Source: Candidatus Poribacteria bacterium
GTDB taxonomy: Bacteria > Poribacteria > WGA-4E > WGA-3G
DNA: 64,000 bases
Reading direction: 5' to 3'
Assembly: GCA_026710795.1 (NCBI GenBank)
Contig: JAPOQK010000023.1
Location: forward strand, 1,525-65,524
A program made the translations under genes and the position numbers. Each line of letters opens with the position of its first letter. Within the stretch, counting starts at the first letter, position 1. This document shows positions 30,206 to 39,797 of the stretch, piece after piece. The notes under the pieces were generated by a model. That model was not told the DNA's origin, made no database searches, and saw nothing but the letters and a program-made list of their open reading frames with translations.

Positions 30206-30661
30206 ATGAACATCCTCGTCCTACACGGACCGAATCTGCATCTATTAGGAAAACGCCAACCAGAGATTTACGGACACCAAACACTGAATGATATCAATAG
30301 TGCGCTTGATCAGTTTGTAGCGTCATCACCCCACGATGTAGTACTAAAAATCTTACAATCCAATCATGAAGGTGAAATTGTATCTATTATTGGTGATCAT
30401 ATAGAATGGGTAGATGGTATACTCATTAACCCTGCTGCATACACACATACAAGTATTGCGATCCGAGATGCACTCTCAACAGTTGCAGTCCCCGTCGTTG
30501 AAGTCCACTTATCCAATATCTATTCACGGGAAGAATTCCGACATCATTCCTATATTTCTGGGGTTGCAGCGGGTGTAGTAAGTGGTTTTGGTGCATATAC
30601 TTATATACTTGGACTTGAAGCGATGATACATATTCTGGGACCTAAAACAAACGAAACATAG
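30206..30661 (+). CDS. aroQ: Type II 3-dehydroquinate dehydratase
   Basis: 151 aa; MNILVLHGPNLHLLGKRQPEIYG… and …NPAAYTHTSIAIRDAL… are diagnostic AroQ motifs. Confidence 0.9.
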   Translation: MNILVLHGPNLHLLGKRQPEIYGHQTLNDINSALDQFVASSPHDVVLKILQSNHEGEIVSIIGDHIEWVDGILINPAAYTHTSIAIRDALSTVAVPVVEVHLSNIYSREEFRHHSYISGVAAGVVSGFGAYTYILGLEAMIHILGPKTNET

Positions 30662-30665
30662 ATGA

Positions 30666-31832
30666 ATGTCTGATAAGGAATCACTTGTGGAACAAAAACC
30701 TTTTATACCCTTCAGTCGTCCTTGGATCGACGATACAGAAATTGAAGCAGTAAGTCAAGTTCTCGCTTCAAAATGGATAAGTAGTGGTGCAAGAGTCCGT
30801 GAGTTTGAACGGGCATTTGCTGAATACCTCGGTGTAAAACATGCAATCGCAGTAAGTTCATGCACTGCAGCATTACATCTTAGTCTTGTGGTTACAGGTA
30901 TCGGTATTGGGGACGAAGTCATTACAACACCATATACCTTTACTGCCACCGCAGAAGCAATCCGATATGTCGGTGCCAAACCTGTATTCGTAGATATAGT
31001 TCCAGATACGTTAAACATTGACATTGCTAAGATTGAACAAGCGATTACAACAAAAACAAAAGCGATAATGCCAGTTCACATCGCAGGTCTTCCCTGTGAT
31101 ATGGATGTATTACAGAAAATATGTCACAAGCATAATCTCATTTTGATTGATGATGCTGCACATGCTTTACCCACTCAATACAATGGACACTACATAGGAA
31201 ATATAGGTGACCTTTCAGCATTTAGTTTTTATGCGAACAAAAATCTAACAACAGCCGAAGGTGGCATGATTACTACCAACAATGATGCTTATGCTGAACA
31301 ACTCCAGACAATGCGTCTACACGGTATTGACAAAGATGCATGGTCACGACAGTCTCGACGTAGTATTTGGAGATACGACATCACCTCTGAAGGATATAAA
31401 TACAACATGACCGATATTCAAGCAGCAATCGGTTTATGCCAACTCATGAAACTTAACAAACAGCATGAACGCAGACGAAAGTTCGCTGAAATATATCACT
31501 CTGAACTACAGAAATTCTCACAAATTAGAACTCCCTTCGTCCCAGATAACGAAACTGAACATGCATGGCATTTGTATATTATTCAACTACAAGAAACAGA
31601 CCGTGATGAATTCGTTGAAACCCTACGCGAAGAAAATATTGAGTGTAGTGTACATTACATTCCATTACATCTATTTGATTTTTATCAGAAACAATACGAC
31701 TACAAAGAGGGAGATTTTCCTTATGCAGAGGAAGTTTTTGAGCGCGTCGTTAGTCTTCCTCTACATCCGGGGATGACTAATGATGATATCTATATTGTGA
31801 TTGAAGCAATTGGTAAAGTGCTGAAAGAATAG
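30666..31832 (+). CDS. DegT/DnrJ/EryC1/StrS-family PLP-dependent sugar aminotransferase
   Basis: 388 aa; …SFYANKNLTTAEGGMITTN… (PLP lysine region), typical DegT fold pattern. Confidence 0.85.
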   Translation: MSDKESLVEQKPFIPFSRPWIDDTEIEAVSQVLASKWISSGARVREFERAFAEYLGVKHAIAVSSCTAALHLSLVVTGIGIGDEVITTPYTFTATAEAIRYVGAKPVFVDIVPDTLNIDIAKIEQAITTKTKAIMPVHIAGLPCDMDVLQKICHKHNLILIDDAAHALPTQYNGHYIGNIGDLSAFSFYANKNLTTAEGGMITTNNDAYAEQLQTMRLHGIDKDAWSRQSRRSIWRYDITSEGYKYNMTDIQAAIGLCQLMKLNKQHERRRKFAEIYHSELQKFSQIRTPFVPDNETEHAWHLYIIQLQETDRDEFVETLREENIECSVHYIPLHLFDFYQKQYDYKEGDFPYAEEVFERVVSLPLHPGMTNDDIYIVIEAIGKVLKE

Positions 31833-31867
31833 AAAAATGAATAAGTAAGAGAATATAAACATATTAA

Positions 31868-32317
31868 ATGAGCCTATGGCAGTTTTACTTTTCCATTAAA
31901 GGAAGAATCAGTCGATCACAATTTTGGTTTAAAGGTGTTCCGTTATTTGTTGGGATTTATCTGTTTATCTATCTAATCAATATCATTATACCGATCGAAC
32001 TATATGAAGGTATTTCATTTATAATCATTTACCCGATAATACTGCTAAATTCATGGTCGGTTTTTGTTCTAATGGTAAAGAGGATACATGATCGCAACAA
32101 ATCATTTTGGTACCCACTTGAAAAATATGCTGATTTACCTAAACCGAATACAATAGATTATCTATTTTTGGGTGTTATTTTTATTGTATTTATTATCCTC
32201 TTTATCTATATGATACTAATATGGATTTGGCTATTTATCATTGAAGTTCCATTCCTAAAAGGCACAAATGGTCCTAATTTCTTTGGTCCTGACCCATTAA
32301 ACAGTGAATATAAATAA
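31868..32317 (+). CDS. DUF805-family small membrane protein
   Basis: N-terminal FSIKGRISRSQFWF motif typical of DUF805 (YhaH-like), followed by TM helices. Confidence 0.55.
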   Translation: MSLWQFYFSIKGRISRSQFWFKGVPLFVGIYLFIYLINIIIPIELYEGISFIIIYPIILLNSWSVFVLMVKRIHDRNKSFWYPLEKYADLPKPNTIDYLFLGVIFIVFIILFIYMILIWIWLFIIEVPFLKGTNGPNFFGPDPLNSEYK

Positions 32318-32867
32318 CATTCCGATTGCTCAACTATATCAAATTATTCCCAGTCAAGTATGCTTCTCCTGCGATGTTTGCTGTCGTTTTTTGGATGTAG
32401 ATAGTCCACTCGCACCTATCTTTACACATACTGAAAAGCAACAAGTAATATCTACCGGGGTAAATCCAACTTTATTCAATCCACAAAAAGATGACAACAG
32501 TTCACAGATTAAGCTGAAACCATACAAAGACTATTTTATATGTCCTTTCTTTGAACCGGAAACGAGCAGATGTACAATCTATGCTAACCGTCCCTTTGAC
32601 TGTCAACTTTACCCATTTACTTTGATGTTCAATGAAGACAGAAGCAATGTTGTTCTGGGAGTGGATATGCTCTGTCCGTTTAGTGAAGCACATTTTGATT
32701 CTGAAGCATTTCAGCAGCATCTTCAACACGTAATTGAATATGTTGAATCCGAACAGATAATCACACTTATTCACAAAAACTGGAACTTAATCGGTGAATT
32801 TCGAGATACTGTAAAAGTATTTCATACGCTGGAATACAATGTAGAGATATGCAACTCAGTCCCTTAA
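32304..32867 (+). CDS. YkgJ-family cysteine-cluster (zinc/iron-chelating) protein
   Basis: CxxCxxCC motif (FSCDVCCRF) near the N-terminus plus downstream Cys pairs, as in UPF0153/YkgJ. Confidence 0.55.
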   Translation: MNINNIPIAQLYQIIPSQVCFSCDVCCRFLDVDSPLAPIFTHTEKQQVISTGVNPTLFNPQKDDNSSQIKLKPYKDYFICPFFEPETSRCTIYANRPFDCQLYPFTLMFNEDRSNVVLGVDMLCPFSEAHFDSEAFQQHLQHVIEYVESEQIITLIHKNWNLIGEFRDTVKVFHTLEYNVEICNSVP

Positions 32868-33817
32868 CACTTGAAGACAAACCGATTTTTGACAAATATG
32901 TTGATCAACCTTATACACCATTATCCAATTATGCTTTTGCACCTCTTTATATCTGGCAAGACTATTTCGATCTGTTATTTACAATCTGTAGTTCTCCAAA
33001 ACATACCACTTCGGACCAAATGGATTATCTCTGTGTATATGCAAAACATGACGATGACTACTTTATGCCGATTCTACCGATTCCATGTTCTATCAATAAT
33101 CCAACCTATTTAGAGGTGGTAAACAAAGCATATCAATTTATGATTGATTCAAACCAAAATCCGCAGATTGCACGTATTGAAAATGTCCCAAAAGAAATGC
33201 TTTCTGTATTTAATACATTGGGTTTTGATGATTACGTAAAAGAAACTGAATATGTATATAGTACTGAAGAAATGAGTGAATTACGTGGAAATGGTTACAA
33301 ACAACAAAGAAATGCTTATAACGCTTTTATTACACGGTATCCGTTGGCAGAATATACTCACTATCAATCATCTCATAAAAATGCATGTTTAGAATTATAT
33401 GAGAGTTGGCGTAAGAAACGCGCAGGGAAATATGATGATCCTATCTATCAAGCAATGTTGAATGACTCACAATCAGCACATCGGATTGGGATTACTCATG
33501 CAGAAGAATTGGGATTAGTTGGCAGGGTTGTTCGTATCAATGGACAATTATGTGCTTACACTTTCGGATATGAACTGAATAGAGATACCTTCTGTGTCCT
33601 ATTTGAAATATCAGATCTGAACAAAAAAGGATTAGCACAATTTATATATCGTGAATTCTGCAAAGAATTATTGGGGTCATATAAATGGATAAATGCAATG
33701 GATGATTCAGGATTAGAGAATCTAAAGCAGGTGAAACAGGCATATCATCCTAAGCGATTGATTCCTACCTATAATATCACAAAAAAATATAATGAAAACT
33801 GCACGCATCTTTCTTAA
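32849..33817 (+). CDS. DUF2156-like (MprF C-terminal/GNAT-like fold) protein
   Basis: 322 aa; N-terminal LSPLTLEDKPIFDKY…YAFAPLYIWQDYF pattern resembles DUF2156 proteins. Assignment from memory only. Confidence 0.4.
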   Translation: MQLSPLTLEDKPIFDKYVDQPYTPLSNYAFAPLYIWQDYFDLLFTICSSPKHTTSDQMDYLCVYAKHDDDYFMPILPIPCSINNPTYLEVVNKAYQFMIDSNQNPQIARIENVPKEMLSVFNTLGFDDYVKETEYVYSTEEMSELRGNGYKQQRNAYNAFITRYPLAEYTHYQSSHKNACLELYESWRKKRAGKYDDPIYQAMLNDSQSAHRIGITHAEELGLVGRVVRINGQLCAYTFGYELNRDTFCVLFEISDLNKKGLAQFIYREFCKELLGSYKWINAMDDSGLENLKQVKQAYHPKRLIPTYNITKKYNENCTHLS

Positions 33818-34514
33818 TGGATACTACGATTTAAGAAATATTGATTTTTATAGGTTAGAGATTGATACTGGAATTGATAATGGTGACCTAACCTTATGTG
33901 CTGATGGTGGTTTGCGTATCTTTGATGAATTGAACAAAATGGAGGGTAACAACTTTATTCCCGATATCTTAATCGGTGACCTTGATTCCGTGAATGGAAC
34001 TACAACGAAAACTAAGCAGGTAGTTGAACAGTGGGTTGGACAAACAGATAAGGATTATACAGATGGACAGTTAGCTGTAAAATATGCAATAGAGAAATAT
34101 AACTGTCAATGTATTCTACTTTATGGAGGGTTACCTCGTCCTGAAGAATATGAGACAGATCATTTTCTTGGGAATCTAAAACTGTTGCGTTTCGGTCACT
34201 ATCTGCACAGAGATACAGGTATTATTTATATTGCTGAAATGCGCGACCCACAGCAAACAATCCATTACTTGCTTTCAAGTTTGCGTATATATAGAAAAGA
34301 CAGTGGCGTACAGCGCGTTTCTCTCATTGCAGAGGAAGTAAACGTTATGGTAGAAAATAGTCAAAATTTACGTTGGGACTTGACCAGCCTAAATATTAGT
34401 CCAGACCTGACAAATGCACTTCGGAATGAATTTGTTAAAGGTGCGGATTGGGTGGAGATTCAATTGATGAAAGACTCTCCACCCGTATATGTAATACACA
34501 ACTGGTATACTTAG
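33792..34514 (+). CDS. Thiamine pyrophosphokinase-like protein
   Basis: …LCADGG…DILIGDLDSV…DKDYTDGQLAV… matches the TPK catalytic pattern (GDxDS; DKDxTD). Confidence 0.5.
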   Translation: MKTARIFLNGYYDLRNIDFYRLEIDTGIDNGDLTLCADGGLRIFDELNKMEGNNFIPDILIGDLDSVNGTTTKTKQVVEQWVGQTDKDYTDGQLAVKYAIEKYNCQCILLYGGLPRPEEYETDHFLGNLKLLRFGHYLHRDTGIIYIAEMRDPQQTIHYLLSSLRIYRKDSGVQRVSLIAEEVNVMVENSQNLRWDLTSLNISPDLTNALRNEFVKGADWVEIQLMKDSPPVYVIHNWYT

Positions 34515-35473
34515 GAATAAGTCAAAACTTCTTTAAGCGTATCCAAATCTAAATTTCCGCCACTCATTATCATGGCTACGTTTTGGCCTGCTAAAGTGTC
34601 TGACAGTTTAATCGCAGCCGCAAGAGCAGCAACACCTGCACCTTCTGCTAAATTGTGTGTATAACGAAGTGCTGAAAGGATTCCTTGTTGAATCTCTTCC
34701 TCACTAACTAATACGATGTCGTCAATTCCATCACTGATGATTGAGAAGGGTATTGGAAATGGAACCCGCGTAGCAAGTCCATCGGCGATTGTATCACATG
34801 TATCGGTTTCTACATGTTTACCTGCTTTCCAAGAACGGTAGACTGCAGGAGCATTCTCTGCCTGTACACCTATGACCTTAACATTCGGATTAATTGCTTT
34901 TGCGACTGTAATCGCACCACAGACACCACTACCACCACCTATCGGGACAATAATAGTGTTAACATTCGGTAGTTTTTCAAAGATCTCTAAGGAATAGGTT
35001 CCTACACCATGGACAAGTGCAGGTTCCATACAAGGGTGAATGTAGTACAGACCACGTTCTGCTTGAAGTGTATCACATAATTCGCGTGCTTCATCAAAAT
35101 CATTGCCGTATTCAATCAGTTCTGCACCAAATGCCTGCATAGCACTGTTCTTCTCCGGATTGTTTCCATGGGGAACTACGATAGTTGCTTTTACACCAAA
35201 CTGTGCAGCAGCATAAGCAATGGACTGTCCGTGATTGCCACGCGTGGCTGTGACTACTCCCTGTTTTTTCTGTTCAGCAGGTAAATTAAACATGAAATTG
35301 ATCCCGCCACGCACTTTAAAACTTCTGGTCGGTAGATGATTTTCATGTTTAATATATGCTTCAAAACCGAGTTCATCAGATAATTCATGATAGTATCGTA
35401 ATGGTGTTGGTTGTAAATACTTGTTTATTATATGTCTTGCAGCGACAATTCCGTGAAATGTTACTGTTTTCAT
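34511..35473 (-). CDS. PLP-dependent threonine/serine dehydratase (Trp-synthase beta-II fold)
   Basis: 320 aa; PLP-lysine motif SFKVRGG, glycine-rich loop GGGSGVCG. Convergent with the upstream gene, overlapping by 4 nt. Confidence 0.8.
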   Translation of the reverse strand: MKTVTFHGIVAARHIINKYLQPTPLRYYHELSDELGFEAYIKHENHLPTRSFKVRGGINFMFNLPAEQKKQGVVTATRGNHGQSIAYAAAQFGVKATIVVPHGNNPEKNSAMQAFGAELIEYGNDFDEARELCDTLQAERGLYYIHPCMEPALVHGVGTYSLEIFEKLPNVNTIIVPIGGGSGVCGAITVAKAINPNVKVIGVQAENAPAVYRSWKAGKHVETDTCDTIADGLATRVPFPIPFSIISDGIDDIVLVSEEEIQQGILSALRYTHNLAEGAGVAALAAAIKLSDTLAGQNVAMIMSGGNLDLDTLKEVLTYS

Positions 35474-35769
35474 TTTACTCCTACTATTATTATTTGACAG
35501 TGTTTATATGTTTATTTATATGTTTATTAGTATGCTTTGTAGCATAAAGAGATTTTACAGGTTTTTATTATGAGATTTGTGTATTCAAGAGCATTTATTC
35601 CAGAAATTACTTTAAATGAAAACCGAGTGTGTTACTTCGGTTTGACCAAAACATGGATATACTAACATAAATCTTACCAAATTGGTAATCTTTTTGACTT
35701 TAATTTTCTAAGTAATTACTGTTAGTATAATACTTTCAATCTATAATATAATTCATAGGAGCAATTTTT

Positions 35770-36120
35770 ATGGACTCTACACTAAATTTTCTACTGACAA
35801 CGGTTACTCTTGTATTCCAAATTGCATTTATGGGATGTCTCCTGTATTTATACATTAAGACAAAAATAGCAGGAGTTTTACTGATTTGGATTTCTCTATT
35901 AATGTGGAGAATCATGAATTGGATTCTTGTAAAGATTCTCTTTAGTTTACATACGGGATCTACACAAATAGGTGGTCTAAGTAAAATGATGATATATAGC
36001 ATTATTTCTCATGCTACTGTATGGTTGTTCTTGGTAATTTGCTCATTAGGGATAATGTGGATATATCATGAATTGAAAAGTGGTAAATTAGATAATTTTT
36101 CATCATATGATAGGTTATGA
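35770..36120 (+). CDS. Small hypothetical membrane protein (3-4 TM)
   Basis: 116 aa, highly hydrophobic. No recognisable motif. Confidence 0.35.
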   Translation: MDSTLNFLLTTVTLVFQIAFMGCLLYLYIKTKIAGVLLIWISLLMWRIMNWILVKILFSLHTGSTQIGGLSKMMIYSIISHATVWLFLVICSLGIMWIYHELKSGKLDNFSSYDRL

Positions 36121-36227
36121 CTTGGTAATCATTACACAACATTGTGCAAAAGTAACATTTTGTAACTTTGTCCTCAATAGATATAACAAAACAAATGAAC
36201 TGATAACATCCTTTCCATATACAAACA

Positions 36228-37121
36228 ATGCAAGACGAACTTACACCCTTCATTCCTTTTGAGAAACTGAGAGGAAGAACCCTCGTGTGTTGTTTCTTTC
36301 TCTCAGCTTTCTTGAGTGGTGGCATCCACTTTGTACTTCACCTTGCTTGGTCTGACAATAGCCAAAATCTATCAGACGCAGTTGGAGGTATACTCTTTCA
36401 TGTAATCTTTGTAATTTGTATTTCCCCGATCCTATTGCGTTCGCGTTTATCTTACAAACAATTGTTTGGTGTCTATCCAACTTGGTCTATGCTTGGAAGG
36501 TACTCTTTATGGACATTTCCACTCATAATCTTTTCTACTATAATCCTCTATTTACAATATTTGACTTTACACTATCTTATCCCTGAATTCGCAGATTGGT
36601 GGTTTTTCACAGATAACTCATCTATTCCAAATTCTGCAGGTGAGGGATATGCACTTGTAAATGTGTTAGTTTTTATTGACTTAGTACTATTTGTTCCTAT
36701 AGTTGAAGAGTTTTTCGTACGAGGTATTTTGTTAACGCGATGGTCCATAAAATGGGGTACACCTAAGGCAATCTTAGTTTCATCCCTATTTTTTGGCATA
36801 CTTCATGTTGATGTCATTGGTGGTTTTTTCTTTGGTTATGTCTTATCTACCTTATATATACGTACAAAGTCACTGTTTATCCCAATTTGTATTCATATAT
36901 TAAATAACCTCATTGTATGGGTAATTGGGGTTATTCTGAAACCTCTGGATGAAACACTTCCAGATAATGAACAATTCCTGATGGAAGGATCTGATTGGGT
37001 ATTGCTTACTTTAGGGTCAGTAATTATTATACCTTGGACTATCAACTTCATTAGGAGAAACTTGCCAAATAAAGAATGGCGTGTTCCTTACCTCGCCAAA
37101 ACCGTTCCATTGAATAATTGA
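36228..37121 (+). CDS. CPBP-family (CAAX/Abi) intramembrane metalloprotease
   Basis: Multi-TM. EEFFVRGILL (EExxxR) and FFGILH (FxxxH) motifs diagnostic of the CPBP/Abi family. Confidence 0.7.
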   Translation: MQDELTPFIPFEKLRGRTLVCCFFLSAFLSGGIHFVLHLAWSDNSQNLSDAVGGILFHVIFVICISPILLRSRLSYKQLFGVYPTWSMLGRYSLWTFPLIIFSTIILYLQYLTLHYLIPEFADWWFFTDNSSIPNSAGEGYALVNVLVFIDLVLFVPIVEEFFVRGILLTRWSIKWGTPKAILVSSLFFGILHVDVIGGFFFGYVLSTLYIRTKSLFIPICIHILNNLIVWVIGVILKPLDETLPDNEQFLMEGSDWVLLTLGSVIIIPWTINFIRRNLPNKEWRVPYLAKTVPLNN

Positions 37122-37295
37122 ATCATTATGTATTGTTATTTGTAAGTTTGGTATTTTCCATGTCATATATTTCACGGTTATTTTTATAACAATGGTCATT
37201 TTCAGGTATCATCAGAAAATGAAAATGTCTTACGTATACCGATAGAATATGGTATACTTTAAGTTAGTGTCATTACATTATTTGGGGAAGAGAGT

Positions 37296-38645
37296 ATGAG
37301 TATTACACAATTCACATTGGAAGAGGTACGCTGCTTCGGAGAACGACAAACTCTTGAAATTCGACCTTTGACCTTTTTAGTCGGAGAAAACAGTACTGGC
37401 AAAACTACTGCCCTCGCTTGTTTCCATGTGTTGGTTAACTATTTGCGTGGAAGAGGAGTAGATTTCAATGAAAAGCCTTCAAATCCTCATCCTTATTCAT
37501 TGGGAACCTTTAAGGATATCGTCAGAAACAGTAATAATAAAGAAAAAGCCTTTAAACTTGGTTTTACTTCTAAATACGCTAACGATGATATAGAATGGAC
37601 AGTTGAATTTATTGAAAGGCAGGAAGCAGTTGAACCTAGTATCAGTTTAGTATCCATTGTATTTCCAAATGGTGAAGTCGTTTTTAAAATCAAAGACTCA
37701 TTGGAAAAACCCTTTGGTATGGAATCCTTTGATAGTAATAGACACCAATATCATTTAGTTTGTAACTCTAACATAATTTCTCAATTTCCACTGAGTCATA
37801 TCTTGGATAATTTGGATCATCTACCAATAAATTTATTTAAAGAAGACTTACAAAGTGCAATGGCACTTGTAAAATATTTGAAGAGTCTTACTAATCCTAT
37901 AGAAGTCATGGCTGAACCATGGGATTTGTGGTACAATCTTTCTATATTAAGTACATCACCAATACGTTCCCGTCCTGAACGCACCTACGATCCAATGAGA
38001 GAGTTTAACGATCCTGAAGGAAGCGATATTCCCCTGTTGTTAATGCGATTAGATGCAGCACAAAAAAATGAATGGGAAGGAATAAAAAAACACCTAGTAA
38101 AATTTGGTAAGAGTTCAGGCTTATTTCAGAATATAAGAATCAAAAAACTAGGACATTCACTGGGTGATCCATTCCAATTGCAATTCAAAGTCAGAGGTCC
38201 TTCTTCTAATATCATGGATGTGGGTTACGGTGTAAGTCAAATTTTACCTGTTTTGGTTCAAGTATTATATCCTAGTATTTCTCGTAACAATAAACGCACT
38301 TATTCAATGCCGTCCTACGCTTTACTACAACAACCTGAAGTGCACCTACACCCAAAAGCACAAGCAGAATTTTCTTCTCTGTTAGCAAAATTGGCAAACC
38401 AGGGTAACCAGTCATTCATAGTTGAAACACACAGTGATTATATGATTGATCGGGCACGGATTGAAATCAGAAATGGTAACATCAAACCTGAAGATGTATC
38501 GCTAATCTACTTTGAACCGAAAGGAAATATTGTCAAAGTACATAATATAGGTTTTGATGAAATGGCGAATCTAACTAATGTGCCAAATCATTATAGACAG
38601 TTTTTCCTTAATGAATCTAAACGACTCATGGGATTTGAGGGTTAA
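37296..38645 (+). CDS. ABC-type AAA family ATPase (AAA_15/AAA_21-like; DUF3696-type C-terminal region)
   Basis: 449 aa. Walker A (LVGENSTGKTT) near the N-terminus. Long insert. Walker B/D-loop LLQQPEVHLHP and H-loop ETHSD near the C-terminus, typical of the OLD/AbiL/Septu-like ATPase clade. Confidence 0.7.
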   Translation: MSITQFTLEEVRCFGERQTLEIRPLTFLVGENSTGKTTALACFHVLVNYLRGRGVDFNEKPSNPHPYSLGTFKDIVRNSNNKEKAFKLGFTSKYANDDIEWTVEFIERQEAVEPSISLVSIVFPNGEVVFKIKDSLEKPFGMESFDSNRHQYHLVCNSNIISQFPLSHILDNLDHLPINLFKEDLQSAMALVKYLKSLTNPIEVMAEPWDLWYNLSILSTSPIRSRPERTYDPMREFNDPEGSDIPLLLMRLDAAQKNEWEGIKKHLVKFGKSSGLFQNIRIKKLGHSLGDPFQLQFKVRGPSSNIMDVGYGVSQILPVLVQVLYPSISRNNKRTYSMPSYALLQQPEVHLHPKAQAEFSSLLAKLANQGNQSFIVETHSDYMIDRARIEIRNGNIKPEDVSLIYFEPKGNIVKVHNIGFDEMANLTNVPNHYRQFFLNESKRLMGFEG

Positions 38646-38646
38646 T

Positions 38647-39075
38647 ATGTGTGCGATTTTGGATACAAATTCTTTCCATAAATTCAAAGACAGCACAGAT
38701 GAAGATATGGAAGAGGTATGGAGGTGGTTGGAAAGAAGAAACGGTAAAATAGTCTACTCAAATATCCCTAAATTTGAAGAGGAATGGTTTAAAGGTGGAA
38801 TGCATCCTTTGAGAGACCAACTTCTACGCTCTGGACATCTCAAGTTGGTATCTAAGGGTGTCCAAGAAAAGTCAGATGAACTTATAGGAAACATTAAATC
38901 AGACGATAATCATATTATTGCGTTGGCAATAATTGCTGGTGTAAAAATTCTCATTACCAACCGTAAGGGAGACAAAGATTTAATCACAGATTTTAAAAGT
39001 AGCGAATTTGTTAATGGGAAGGTATATACAACAAAAAAGCATGCTCACTTACTAAAGAAAGACACTTGTCCTTAA
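38647..39075 (+). CDS. Small PIN-like domain protein translationally coupled to the upstream ATPase
   Basis: ATG at 38647 lies 1 nt after the ATPase stop (TAAtATG). MCAILDTNSF… (PIN strand 1 with Asp), acidic stretch DEDMEE…, then DNHIIALAIIAGVKILITNRKGDKDLITDF resembles the PIN hhT-N…DF motif. The track's 38578 start gives an unlikely N-terminal extension overlapping the ATPase. Confidence 0.45.
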   Translation: MCAILDTNSFHKFKDSTDEDMEEVWRWLERRNGKIVYSNIPKFEEEWFKGGMHPLRDQLLRSGHLKLVSKGVQEKSDELIGNIKSDDNHIIALAIIAGVKILITNRKGDKDLITDFKSSEFVNGKVYTTKKHAHLLKKDTCP

Positions 39076-39164
39076 CTAATGATAAAATGTGTTAGATTGT
39101 TACATATCCGACAAGACGATAGTGGTATAATAATACATAATCAAGACTTATATGGAGATTTCTT

Positions 39165-39797
39165 ATGCCAACAATCGAAAAAGTATTCGACTCGCCAGGT
39201 CCACAACCAAATGGAATGCAAGCCACCGAAGACGGACTCTGGATTATTGATCAACAGAGCAATGAAGTCCATCTCGTATCCTATGATGGTGTAGTGAAAA
39301 AGACACTTACGACAGGTTCAGACAAAGGTAGTGGTATTACACACACTGGAACTCATCTTTGGCTTGCTTCTACTTATAGTTGTGAAATCCTTTCAACTGA
39401 TCCAGAAAGTGGGGATACGCTTGCTACTTATGAAACACCCGGTGCTGGACAAACAGGTGCACACGGCTTGGAATGGAGAGACAATAAACTTTGGATTGCA
39501 GTACCACCCTCTGCAACTATCTACCAAGTCGATGTTGAAAACGATTTTAAAGTGATTCATACAATTCCTGCTCCTGATGATAGGCCACACGGTATCGCTT
39601 GGGTCGGAGACGATCTTTGGTGTGTTGAGACGAACCATCGTGCAATATATAAACTCAATCCAAAAGATGGCAGTCATTTGGACAAAATTGAGATACCGGA
39701 ACCGCATCCTGAACCACATGGAATGACCTATTGGGATGGAAACTTCTGGTATTGTGATGCACACACAACTGCTGTCTGCAAAGTTGCTATATCCTAA
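39165..39797 (+). CDS. Beta-propeller repeat protein (Vgb/glutaminyl-cyclase-like blades)
   Basis: Repeated (P/A)HG(I/L/M)xW.D.xLW blades (AHGLEWRDNKLW; PHGIAWVGDDLW; PHGMTYWDGNFW). GGAG RBS 6 nt upstream of ATG. Confidence 0.4.
   Translation: MPTIEKVFDSPGPQPNGMQATEDGLWIIDQQSNEVHLVSYDGVVKKTLTTGSDKGSGITHTGTHLWLASTYSCEILSTDPESGDTLATYETPGAGQTGAHGLEWRDNKLWIAVPPSATIYQVDVENDFKVIHTIPAPDDRPHGIAWVGDDLWCVETNHRAIYKLNPKDGSHLDKIEIPEPHPEPHGMTYWDGNFWYCDAHTTAVCKVAIS

Noticed and set aside
29970-30291. ORFs 29970..30284 (-) and 30100..30291 (+) in the aroQ leader
   Set aside because: They overlap the repeat modules and the aroQ start, have no RBS or recognisable translation features, and are likely spurious.
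38578-38646. ORF-track N-terminal extension (MCQIIIDSFSLMNLNDSWDLRVN) of the PIN-like gene
   Set aside because: It would overlap the ATPase C-terminus by 68 nt in another frame. An ATG at 38647 sits 1 nt after the ATPase stop, which is the classic coupled arrangement.
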